IMG/VR virus record: IMGVR_UViG_3300043036_000090
Coordinates: 1 to 47,140 of that record
DNA: 47,140 nucleotides
Reading direction: 5' to 3' (one strand)
From: a virus
Lineage: Duplodnaviria; Caudoviricetes
Within the stretch, counting starts at the first letter, position 1. The number at the start of each line of letters is the position of its first letter. Below the pieces are notes generated by a model. That model saw only the letters and a list, made by a program, of their open reading frames with translations, was not told the origin of the DNA and did no database searches. Both the position numbers and the translations under genes were made by a program. Below, in pieces: positions 35,354 to 43,387 of this stretch.

Positions 35354-35590
35354 ATGATAAATGAATTATTAATTAACACTCACTACGCAAACTTGCAAGA
35401 CGAGTTAGATGTGTGGTATGGCAGTCAGCCATTTAGTAAATTAGAAAAGATACACGACCTAAACAAAAACGATTTGTTTGGTCGGACGGATTCTGAGTTA
35501 GAAGAGATTCTATCAGAACTAGAAGATGAGTGGGTTGAGTGGTCAACCGACACCAAGGTAATGTGGTACAATCAAATTATGGGATACTAA
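35354..35590 (+). CDS. Small acidic hypothetical protein (78 aa)
   Basis: MINELLINTHY..., start re-assigned. Confidence 0.65.
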   Translation: MINELLINTHYANLQDELDVWYGSQPFSKLEKIHDLNKNDLFGRTDSELEEILSELEDEWVEWSTDTKVMWYNQIMGY

Positions 35591-35603
35591 ACTAAATAAA
35601 CCG

Positions 35604-35756
35604 ATGCCAAAACAACAAGCAATCGTTGAAGCAATCAGCGAGAATCTAGAAGAGTTAAGAACTCATTTAGATTATAGAAAGTATACGGCGGAAGATTTTT
35701 CCGAAGAAGAAAACTTGATAAATAATATTGAAATCCTTTTAATGCAATTGCAATGA
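35604..35756 (+). CDS. Small acidic protein (50 aa, not in ORF track)
   Basis: MPKQQAIVEAISENLEELRTHLDYRKYTAEDFSEEENLINNIEILLMQLQ, with an A-rich leader. Confidence 0.55.
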   Translation: MPKQQAIVEAISENLEELRTHLDYRKYTAEDFSEEENLINNIEILLMQLQ

Positions 35757-35814
35757 GCGAAGAAGATATTGCGCACCTTATGTGGGTGCTGAACAACAAC
35801 CGATAATCTAAGAA

Positions 35815-35837
35815 CCTCACGATGTATAGGCAATCGT
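35815..35837 (+). promoter_or_regulatory. Leader element, copy 8
   Basis: CCT-C-ACGAT-GTAT-AGG-CA-ATCGT, 10 nt before ATG 35848. Confidence 0.78.
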
Positions 35838-35847
35838 TAACCAAGCA

Positions 35848-36048
35848 ATGAAACATTTTTTATCAGGCGAGCAATTCGCAACACTGAAAAACAATAATTG
35901 GGACGTCAAGCCCGATGGTATGTATGTTCATCTATACCGAGATGAATATAACGAAGACCTATGGGAGCTAATCTGCTACCAAGCAGAAGTAGATGCCGAC
36001 ATAGATAAGTTAACACTCCTTGTATTTGGAACAATGACAAACCTTTAA
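35848..36048 (+). CDS. Hypothetical protein (66 aa)
   Basis: ORF following a leader element. Confidence 0.65.
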   Translation: MKHFLSGEQFATLKNNNWDVKPDGMYVHLYRDEYNEDLWELICYQAEVDADIDKLTLLVFGTMTNL

Positions 36049-36063
36049 ATTATAAACCAAACA

Positions 36064-36282
36064 ATGAACCAACGAGAAAAAATACTAAACACAATCGAGG
36101 ATTGTAGATTAGATAATGTGACGGCTACCGAGATGGGAGCATACGCAAGGATGTATACCGACGACTTAGTTGATGTACTGATTGCCGATTTGTATCTGAT
36201 GCGCGAGCAGTACGATGATTTGCTAGAGAAGGCAAACGTGGACTCCCAAAAACTATTAGACTACCTAGAGAAGATAAAGTAA
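36064..36282 (+). CDS. Hypothetical protein (72 aa)
   Basis: AAACCAAACA leader directly before the ATG. Confidence 0.65.
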   Translation: MNQREKILNTIEDCRLDNVTATEMGAYARMYTDDLVDVLIADLYLMREQYDDLLEKANVDSQKLLDYLEKIK

Positions 36283-36545
36283 TGACAAAGTTCAACGTAG
36301 TAATCAACCCTTTCTCGCAGAAGATTTTAGTAAGCGCAAGGGTAAACAAGATGTCGTGTGACGAGGTATTAGATTGGAACGGCGAATCAGATTCGTGGTA
36401 CACTTTCGAGATGAATGGTAATCAATTTATGATTCATCTACTATATGAGGACGAGTTATTTGTAGCAGTCTACGACGATAATGGCGATACGATTTCATCT
36501 CCGCACCCTACTATATTTAAGATAATCTACAAGGATGAATTCTAA
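36282..36545 (+). CDS. Hypothetical protein (87 aa)
   Basis: TAATG coupling to the upstream gene. Confidence 0.65.
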   Translation: MTKFNVVINPFSQKILVSARVNKMSCDEVLDWNGESDSWYTFEMNGNQFMIHLLYEDELFVAVYDDNGDTISSPHPTIFKIIYKDEF

Positions 36546-36627
36546 CAAAACAACCTATGGCGAATTAATTGAGGCATTACTATGCGTAGCATTTGTAGCC
36601 TTAGCCTATTACTTAATCATATTCTAA
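36535..36627 (+). CDS. Single-TM microprotein (30 aa, not in ORF track)
   Basis: MNSNKTTYGELIEALLCVAFVALAYYLIIF. It fills the gap and abuts the next ATG. Confidence 0.5.
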   Translation: MNSNKTTYGELIEALLCVAFVALAYYLIIF

Positions 36628-36807
36628 ATGAAAACCGAAACCTTACAACTAATCACAGGAATTATTCTCGTAGCGGGATTTATATTCCTACAAGTCTCTA
36701 ACAACGAAGCATTAAAGGAGGACGCATTGTGGCTAATTACTATGGCACTACCAACATTCCTTTACGCGTCTCATATTGTCGGAACTAAATGCAATAGAAA
36801 TGAATAG
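36628..36807 (+). CDS. Small two-TM protein (59 aa, not in ORF track)
   Basis: MKTETLQLITGIILVAGFIFLQV...ALWLITMALPTFLYASHIV. Confidence 0.6.
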   Translation: MKTETLQLITGIILVAGFIFLQVSNNEALKEDALWLITMALPTFLYASHIVGTKCNRNE

Positions 36808-37024
36808 CAAAACCACAAAGGCTATGAAGGTATTTGTGCTTTCCACTATCAGCTTTCTTGCAATCATAATTTTTAACATAATACGCCATAAAGAATCTAA
36901 GGAAGAAAGCTACCGAGCAAACAAGGTGTTTAGCGTGGTTGTGTCTGAAGATAGGTGGGATGAATCAACAATGCCAAAGGGCAGAAGAAGTCCTAAAGGT
37001 GTATTATATAATCCAGAAAAGTAA
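36800..37024 (+). CDS. Membrane-anchored hypothetical protein
   Basis: TM segment VFVLSTISFLAIIIFNII. ATG 36800 preferred over TTG 36776. Confidence 0.6.
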   Translation: MNSKTTKAMKVFVLSTISFLAIIIFNIIRHKESKEESYRANKVFSVVVSEDRWDESTMPKGRRSPKGVLYNPEK

Positions 37025-37269
37025 TGGGAATTCAATGCAATCCAAATACTAAGAACAACATCGATTGTAGATGGTGCGGTGTTGAGCAAAAGATTGGGCA
37101 TATCATTTATACCCATAGATTAAAAAATAGTAACAAGTTTTCTTATCCGTGCTACGCTTGCGATAGGAGAAACATTTGCCAAGTCAGCGCATTGGGATTT
37201 TATTCCCTATATCCTGCAGATAGGGCAAGGTATAATAGAAACGTAATTAATAAAACAAATAGAAAATAA
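37024..37269 (+). CDS. Small zinc-finger protein
   Basis: CRWC...CYAC, basic overall. Confidence 0.55.
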   Translation: MGIQCNPNTKNNIDCRWCGVEQKIGHIIYTHRLKNSNKFSYPCYACDRRNICQVSALGFYSLYPADRARYNRNVINKTNRK

Positions 37270-37282
37270 ATAAACAATTATT

Positions 37283-37585
37283 ATGAGAGAATTAATGAAC
37301 ATTTACTTGACACGTTTTGGCGAAGAGAAAGAAATCTTTGCACCTAATACTAAGTGGGCTAACGTTGAACAATATGACAAGCAGACTAAGTACATCGTTG
37401 AGTATAAGTTATTTATGCACGACGAACTTATTGTTGGAAAGTATATTGGATGTACGGATGGTGCAAAGTCGCTATTGTTTACCGACCTAAGCCGACCACG
37501 CGAACACAAAGAGTTTGATAATACTAGACACGTTGTCTTGGCTATCCCGACTCAAAATATTAGCAGTATTGTTATTGCTAAATAA
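37283..37585 (+). CDS. Hypothetical protein (100 aa)
   Basis: ORF with A-rich leader. Confidence 0.65.
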   Translation: MRELMNIYLTRFGEEKEIFAPNTKWANVEQYDKQTKYIVEYKLFMHDELIVGKYIGCTDGAKSLLFTDLSRPREHKEFDNTRHVVLAIPTQNISSIVIAK

Positions 37586-37634
37586 ATAAATTGGTATAAC
37601 TTTGTTTGACTCCGCTGTAATTTTATGGCGGGGT
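37574..37634 (+). promoter_or_regulatory. Promoter of the replication operon plus 5' hairpin
   Basis: ATTG (37574-37577), 19-bp spacer, TAACTTTG (37597-37604). An 11-bp stem ACTCCGCTGTA/TATGGCGGGGT (37609-37634) sits at the predicted transcript 5' end. Confidence 0.65.
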
Positions 37635-37655
37635 TAAACACAACCAAGCAATCAG

Positions 37656-37850
37656 ATGACACTAGAAGAAAAGGCATACATCGCTATTCTGCGAGTAAGA
37701 AAAGTCCATACCGAAATTGAATTGATTGACTACCAAAGGGTTATGAAACTATATGACCCAGAGATACCCACGTTTGATATAATCCTCAAGAAGGTTATTC
37801 AACTAACAAACAGAATTTCCAAGATAGATAATCTAATAAGAGAGGTATGA
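37656..37850 (+). CDS. Hypothetical protein (64 aa)
   Basis: ATGA overlap with the initiator gene. Confidence 0.6.
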   Translation: MTLEEKAYIAILRVRKVHTEIELIDYQRVMKLYDPEIPTFDIILKKVIQLTNRISKIDNLIREV

Positions 37851-38560
37851 AGAAGGATGCATATTATTTCCCGCATTTTAGTAATGCGAGGCACGATAGA
37901 AAATTAAAGCGAGTAATTAAAGACTTAGGTATCGAAGGCTACGGCATCTACTTTATGGTGCTTGAGGTACTTAGAGACCAACAAGATTTTAAGTATCCTT
38001 TGGATGACTTGGACTTGCTTGCGGATGAGTTTGGTACGAGTGAATCCAAGCTAAAGGTTGTGGTAAGTAACTACGATTTGTTTCAGATAGACATAGACAA
38101 TAATTTCTTTTCTATGAGACAAAAGTTCTATATGCAACCCTACTTGGAGAAAACTCAGAGAGCAAAAGATGCCGCTCAATTACGTTGGAACAAGGTTAAG
38201 GATGCAAATGCATTACCAAATGCAGATGCAAATGCAGATGCAAATGCTATGCAAGGAAAGGAAAGTAAAGTAAAAGAAATTAAAGTAAAAGAGATTAAGG
38301 TGCTAAGCGCACGGGATTTGATATTTGAAAAATGGTTTAAGTATAAGCGAGAGAAGAAACAATCCTACACTACCACAGGTATTGAAACGCTGACTAAGAC
38401 TTGGGCTAGCTATTCAGACGAGCAACTTGAGCAGATTATTGATACATCGATATCTAATAACTATTCTGGATTGTTTGCACCTAGAGGACAAACTCCTGCT
38501 AAGACATCAAGTGAGCCGACTGCACCACGTACAACGATAACGATTCCCGACAATTACTAA
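37847..38560 (+). CDS. Replication initiator (DUF4373/Lin1244-like N-terminal domain)
   Basis: YYFPHFSNARHDRKL...EGYGIYFMVLEVL N-terminal domain, central repeat linker and SISNNYSGLF C-terminal domain. Directly upstream of dnaB. Confidence 0.75.
   Translation: MKKDAYYFPHFSNARHDRKLKRVIKDLGIEGYGIYFMVLEVLRDQQDFKYPLDDLDLLADEFGTSESKLKVVVSNYDLFQIDIDNNFFSMRQKFYMQPYLEKTQRAKDAAQLRWNKVKDANALPNADANADANAMQGKESKVKEIKVKEIKVLSARDLIFEKWFKYKREKKQSYTTTGIETLTKTWASYSDEQLEQIIDTSISNNYSGLFAPRGQTPAKTSSEPTAPRTTITIPDNY
38201..38300 (+). repeat. Putative replication origin (iterons plus purine/A-rich tract) inside the initiator gene
   Basis: (G/C)CAAATGC at 38204, 38216, 38228 and 38240 (12-bp period), followed by AAGGAAAGGAAAGTAAAGTAAAAGAAATTAAAG. 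Layout resembles lambda ori. Confidence 0.75.
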
Positions 38561-38568
38561 AACAAAAT

Positions 38569-39993
38569 ATGAAACTAGAATTATTTGACACACTGCTAGA
38601 GGCTGACCTCGCCAGCTATTTAATAGAGCATCCGCACTACACATCGGACGCTAAGAAAATTATTACTACTGAGGTGTTCGCTGACCCATTGAACAAGGCT
38701 GTTTTTTCTGCGTGTGTTGAACTATCTGATACGCAGAATACATTCACGCGTTCAGACATATTTAGACTCGTTAAATCAAAGAAAATACAAGGCATCAATG
38801 ACACGGCTATCCTAACATTAAGACCCAATCGTGTTATTGAATTGACTGAGTTATGCTTGGAGTTAAAAGAATTGTACGCTAAGCGGATATTATTTAATAT
38901 ATCATCTAATATCAACGCAATGTTAATAGATGGTGCTGATGTGAATACGATTCGTGCAACGATTGACGCCGAGACAGATAGTTTATCTACGGGCATTGAT
39001 GCAAACAAGGAAGTCGTCGGAATTGCTGAGGTATTTGATAATACAATAACATTGCTTGAAGAAAATGCGGGCAAGGCTAAGTTTTCGGGAGTTGATACGG
39101 GAAGCAGGCAACTTAACTATTCGGTTGGCGGTTGGCAGGCGGGTATGATTGTCATTGCGGCTAGACCATCTGCGGGTAAGACCATTGTCGGACTTGACTT
39201 TGCTAAGAAGGCGGGTATGGCGGGCAAGAATGTTTTACTATTGTCACTTGAGATGCCAAAGGAATCGCTAATGAATCGTTTCATTTCATCTGAAGCATCA
39301 GAGTTTACCTACGCTGACCTTGGCGCATATCGTTTGTCGAAAGAAGATATTGATAAGATTAAGGATTCGGATGCGGTTAACTTAAAGAAGTTGCCAATCT
39401 ATTTTTATGACTCAGATAATCGCGACATAAACTACCTATCATCTATTGTGATATCGGAATGTCGTAAACATAAGATTGACATTGTCATAATAGATTATCT
39501 ACAATTGATTCGAGACAATCAGATTAAAGACCAAAGTGATTTCGCACAGGTTTCTAGCGTATCAACTAAGGTTCAACGTCTTACACGTAAGCTAAACATT
39601 CCTATCATTTGCCTATCACAATTAAGCAGAACGGTTGAATCTAGGAATGATAAGCGACCACAACTTTCGGACATTCGTTCGTCGGGAAACATCGAGCAGG
39701 ACGCATCAATTGTTATCGGCTTGTATCGTCCACATTATTATGCCTTGACTGAGGCTCGCGCCAATGGTACGCCAGAACCTACTGAGATAGATACGACATT
39801 AGAGTTTGTTATCCTCAAGAATCGTAATGGTATGACGGGCTCAATCGTTAGGCATTGTGATGTATTAACTAACCGCGTGGCAGATACTGCTGAGGAATTA
39901 TTTAGATTCACACAACCACAAGTTATCTATCAAGACTCACAGATTAATAACATACCAAATAATTTTGACAACACAAACGTAGCCCCTTTTTAA
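38569..39993 (+). CDS. dnaB: Replicative DNA helicase, DnaB family
   Basis: AARPSAGKT, LSLEM, IIDYLQL, LSQLSR, RPQLSDIRSSGNIEQDA and KNRNG motifs. Confidence 0.95.
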   Translation: MKLELFDTLLEADLASYLIEHPHYTSDAKKIITTEVFADPLNKAVFSACVELSDTQNTFTRSDIFRLVKSKKIQGINDTAILTLRPNRVIELTELCLELKELYAKRILFNISSNINAMLIDGADVNTIRATIDAETDSLSTGIDANKEVVGIAEVFDNTITLLEENAGKAKFSGVDTGSRQLNYSVGGWQAGMIVIAARPSAGKTIVGLDFAKKAGMAGKNVLLLSLEMPKESLMNRFISSEASEFTYADLGAYRLSKEDIDKIKDSDAVNLKKLPIYFYDSDNRDINYLSSIVISECRKHKIDIVIIDYLQLIRDNQIKDQSDFAQVSSVSTKVQRLTRKLNIPIICLSQLSRTVESRNDKRPQLSDIRSSGNIEQDASIVIGLYRPHYYALTEARANGTPEPTEIDTTLEFVILKNRNGMTGSIVRHCDVLTNRVADTAEELFRFTQPQVIYQDSQINNIPNNFDNTNVAPF

Positions 39994-39994
39994 T

Positions 39995-40390
39995 ATGGAA
40001 TGGATAGAAATTAAAAGTAAAAAAGATGTTTTGCCTATTATTGAAGAATACAGAGAGTACAGGCAAGGTATTAAAGAAGAATTGGAAGAGTTAAAAGATG
40101 ACGACTCTAATCACGCAATGTATAGACGGCTTCATCTTGGAACTAGGAATTTTGAAAGGAATAAAGTATCAGGATTTTTTAATAGTAAAAAAATTGATGC
40201 TTTACTAAACAAAGGATTCAATCTGAAATACAATGGTATAATGTTAGTAATTGATACTAAAAATTATAATTGGGGAGAGTTTAATTATTATCCAAAGTCC
40301 AATAAAATGTATGCTAAAAAGTGGAAAAAATGGTATGATTATTCTTGGTATTGGATAGAAAAGAAACTAATAAATAACGATATGGTATGA
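39995..40390 (+). CDS. AT-rich hypothetical protein (131 aa)
   Basis: Lys/Trp/Tyr-rich C-terminus, coupled to both neighbours. Confidence 0.6.
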   Translation: MEWIEIKSKKDVLPIIEEYREYRQGIKEELEELKDDDSNHAMYRRLHLGTRNFERNKVSGFFNSKKIDALLNKGFNLKYNGIMLVIDTKNYNWGEFNYYPKSNKMYAKKWKKWYDYSWYWIEKKLINNDMV

Positions 40391-41163
40391 ATATCTACAA
40401 AGAACTATCAAAGTTCAACCACATAAAATATCACGATGAACCGCATAAGTATTTCATCGGCGAGCAAGATTTGATATCTGGTACGGCGTTTATCGGATTG
40501 TTTAAGGAGAAGTTTGATTCGCCTAAGATGGCGGAGAAGACAGCTAAGAAGAAAGGTATCCCCGTTGATGAGGTACTTGCTGAGTGGGATTTCAAGGGAG
40601 ATTTCTCTCGTACAAAGGGAACACTACTTCACAACTTTGCTGAGAACTATTGGATGAACAAGGTGTTCCCCGTAGACTTAAAGAGTTACGATGATAAGTT
40701 TGGCGAGACACTAATGACTGAAAGGTATCGTGAATGTCAGCGAATGTTTCTTGAGTTCTACAATGACGCAAATAAGAGCCTCTGCCCTATCGCGTTGGAG
40801 TTGGTAGTTGGAGATAAAGAACTAGGGATAGGAGGGATGGTAGATGGATTGTTCTGGAATCAAAAGATGGGAGAACTACAGATATGGGATTACAAAACTA
40901 ACAAGGAGATTGCCACCTATAGCAAGTATAGAAAGAAAATGCTTGCGCCAATTAATTTCTTGCAGGAATGTGAAATGACAACATACAGCATACAACTTAA
41001 CCTTTACAAGTACATCATACAAAAGAATACGAATCTTAAAATAGGCAAGTGTTATCTAGTACATATCCACGAAGAGCAGGATAAGTATAACGTAATAGAG
41101 TGTCTAGAATATCAGGACATAGTAGAATTATTAATCAGACATTATAAACAACTAAACAAATGA
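40387..41163 (+). CDS. PD-(D/E)XK exonuclease (RecB/Cas4-like superfamily)
   Basis: GTLLHNFAE, GMVDGL, IWDYKT and YSIQLNLY motifs. Confidence 0.82.
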   Translation: MNIYKELSKFNHIKYHDEPHKYFIGEQDLISGTAFIGLFKEKFDSPKMAEKTAKKKGIPVDEVLAEWDFKGDFSRTKGTLLHNFAENYWMNKVFPVDLKSYDDKFGETLMTERYRECQRMFLEFYNDANKSLCPIALELVVGDKELGIGGMVDGLFWNQKMGELQIWDYKTNKEIATYSKYRKKMLAPINFLQECEMTTYSIQLNLYKYIIQKNTNLKIGKCYLVHIHEEQDKYNVIECLEYQDIVELLIRHYKQLNK

Positions 41164-41438
41164 CAGACATTTTAGAAGACCTTATCCAAGAAACAGAAAT
41201 CACTTTGCGCGACGCCTTTCGTCGTGGATTTGAGCAGGGTGGCAAGACCAACAATGCTATATTAGATAATAGGAAAGATATGCTTAGAAAGTTTGTGTCC
41301 TTCAAGACTAAATTTATTGAATTTGAAAATGAGGGAGGACATTTTTATGCACTCAGAACACACAATGTCGAGAGCGCAATTACACTAGACCAATTAATAA
41401 AAACATTCTTACTTACTTACGAAAATGGAGAAGATTAA
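41160..41438 (+). CDS. Hypothetical protein (92 aa)
   Basis: Coupled ORF. Confidence 0.6.
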   Translation: MTDILEDLIQETEITLRDAFRRGFEQGGKTNNAILDNRKDMLRKFVSFKTKFIEFENEGGHFYALRTHNVESAITLDQLIKTFLLTYENGED

Positions 41439-41685
41439 ACAATCATTCATCGCACGGGTAAAGACATTCTTGAAGAAGTCAGAGTTGCCTTACACGCGGA
41501 TTCCTGACACAGAGAATCTATTAGTTATGCGCTCAGTTGGTAGCCACCATTACCTACTGATTCAGTTCTATGATATGCCTCAAAATTGGTTTGAGGATAG
41601 AAAGTATTTTGACATTAAGGTAGTCAAAGGAAAAGAATTAATGCAGGTTACAAGAGCAATAGAACGATATTTAAAAGGAGAATAA
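41425..41685 (+). CDS. Hypothetical protein (86 aa)
   Basis: Coupled ORF. Confidence 0.6.
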   Translation: MEKIKQSFIARVKTFLKKSELPYTRIPDTENLLVMRSVGSHHYLLIQFYDMPQNWFEDRKYFDIKVVKGKELMQVTRAIERYLKGE

Positions 41686-41686
41686 T

Positions 41687-41914
41687 ATGGAAACTAAACA
41701 AACAGCAGTTCAATTGCTACAAGATAAGTTACTTGAACTCAAAATAGAAATAGATTCTAAAACTCACGAAGAAGTCTTTTTTCTTTTTGAACAAGCCAAG
41801 CAAATGGAAAAAGAGCAGATAGAAAAAGCATTTCAACATTCTATAGTAGCTATGATAGTTGGAAAAATTTTAAGCCCTGAAGAATATTACAACGAAACTT
41901 ATAAAAAAAAATAA
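41687..41914 (+). CDS. Hypothetical protein, KQTAV..EQAK.MEKEQI..EYYNETY type
   Basis: 75 aa, distantly similar to 43124-43387. Confidence 0.65.
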   Translation: METKQTAVQLLQDKLLELKIEIDSKTHEEVFFLFEQAKQMEKEQIEKAFQHSIVAMIVGKILSPEEYYNETYKKK

Positions 41915-41923
41915 CCAATCAAT

Positions 41924-42550
41924 ATGCCATATTTAAACCATAACATACCAACAATCACTTGCCTAATTAAGAACGAGTTTTTGTTTAACAACACCAAAGG
42001 ACACGGAGAATTCACGCTATGTGACGTACACTCTGTAGCATCTATTGAGAAGCGTGTTCCTTTGTTTGAAGCATTCCTTGAGAATGGAGTCAATTGGACA
42101 CGTCGTCCTATTCACGCATTCTGTTGGAAGAAAGACGCAGAGGACTTACCGCTAACAGAGTACATATATTGGGACTGCTTTAGTTCGTATGTTGATGTTC
42201 AGGTGCGAGCTCGGATGTCTGGACTTCGCGCTGACTTGATATCCATCACAGGAGTTAAGAGGCAGGGTACCTATATGTTTACATTAGATTGGGCATTCGA
42301 GAACAGAGGTATGTTAGACACAAACTTTTCTGAGACTCCCGAGCATAAGTGCGGACACGTCTTTAAGATGGACAACGGCAACTTCTTTATCTATCCTAAT
42401 AACAGAATCATTTGGATGGATAATGCTTGGACTTATAATCGCATAGATAAAAATCCTAGCTATAAGATTGATATGACTGTTTATTCCATAGAGAATAAGA
42501 CTAACTACGAGACTGATTATAATTATTTTACAGAATTTAATAAGAAATAA
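41924..42550 (+). CDS. Conserved phage hypothetical protein (208 aa)
   Basis: YLNHNIP, WDCFS, YMFTLDW, EHKCGH and YPNNRI motifs of a widespread aquatic-phage family. Function unknown. Confidence 0.7.
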   Translation: MPYLNHNIPTITCLIKNEFLFNNTKGHGEFTLCDVHSVASIEKRVPLFEAFLENGVNWTRRPIHAFCWKKDAEDLPLTEYIYWDCFSSYVDVQVRARMSGLRADLISITGVKRQGTYMFTLDWAFENRGMLDTNFSETPEHKCGHVFKMDNGNFFIYPNNRIIWMDNAWTYNRIDKNPSYKIDMTVYSIENKTNYETDYNYFTEFNKK

Positions 42551-42551
42551 G

Positions 42552-42956
42552 ATGAGAGTAGCAATAGACAGAGTATTTAACTTTAACGATAGAGTCTACC
42601 ACTATAAGTATGGCTGGGGGACAATAAGAGATATTCATAATGGAATCAATGATAGAATTTTAATTGAATTCGAGGAGCAACCTAATCTTATTAGAGAGCT
42701 ATATTCTGAGAAAAATTTATTATCCTTTACAGAATACGCGCTACAAGGCTTCTCCCAAGAGCGCCCCGAAGAATTACCTAAGAAGGGAGATATTGTTTGG
42801 GGCAGAAATGAGTTTCCAAGTGAATGGCACATTGGGCATTTCTTTGAGAAGCGAGGGGATAATTATTTAATATCATCACATCCTAAGCCAACAGGATGGA
42901 ACAATATAGTAATCGAGATAACAACTAAAAATCCATACGACAATGGGAATACTTAA
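42552..42956 (+). CDS. Hypothetical protein (134 aa)
   Basis: DRVYHYKYGWGTI (SH3/Tudor-like start) and LLSFTEY.LQGFSQERP. Confidence 0.65.
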   Translation: MRVAIDRVFNFNDRVYHYKYGWGTIRDIHNGINDRILIEFEEQPNLIRELYSEKNLLSFTEYALQGFSQERPEELPKKGDIVWGRNEFPSEWHIGHFFEKRGDNYLISSHPKPTGWNNIVIEITTKNPYDNGNT

Positions 42957-43143
42957 AAAACTTATTCGCAAGCAGAAAGCTAATCAATATACCCAAGAAG
43001 AAAGGTGGAGTGAATTTTTGCTTAATTGTAGTGGCTTACTATCTGAAAGGCAGACTATAGAAAGAGAAAAGAGTATAGAAGAATTAATTAAAACAGTAGA
43101 TGAACTTAAAAAATGGGCAGATAATGGCAAACAAACCAAATAG
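42943..43143 (+). CDS. Hypothetical protein (66 aa)
   Basis: Overlapping ORF in the operon. Confidence 0.55.
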   Translation: MGILKKLIRKQKANQYTQEERWSEFLLNCSGLLSERQTIEREKSIEELIKTVDELKKWADNGKQTK

Positions 43144-43387
43144 GAAAACAGCATTGCATCGAGCAATACTTGAACTCAAGAAGAGGCAATCGCTTTACGA
43201 AGACATTGATGACGTGTCTGCCTCAGTAGTTGAGGCGTGCATATATGATATTGAATACTATCTTTATGCCGAACAGAAACAGATTGCTAAAGCATACAAA
43301 GATGGGTTGGAGGATATGCGAGTAAGACATCACTTTAGACCCAATCATTATTTTGAAAATAACTTTAAAGGATATGATAATGAATAA
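43124..43387 (+). CDS. Hypothetical protein
   Basis: MANKPNRKTAL..EQKQIAKAYKDG..YFENNF. ATG 43124 preferred. Confidence 0.6.
   Translation: MANKPNRKTALHRAILELKKRQSLYEDIDDVSASVVEACIYDIEYYLYAEQKQIAKAYKDGLEDMRVRHHFRPNHYFENNFKGYDNE

Noticed and set aside
32326-35837. Repeated early elements as a CRISPR array or integron attC sites
   Set aside because: They are separated by whole genes of variable length, no cas or integrase gene is present, and they lack consistent RYYYAAC/GTTRRRY ends.
40387-41163. Cas4 implying a CRISPR system
   Set aside because: The four-Cys Fe-S cluster pattern is not evident and there is no array. It is treated as a generic phage PD-(D/E)XK exonuclease.
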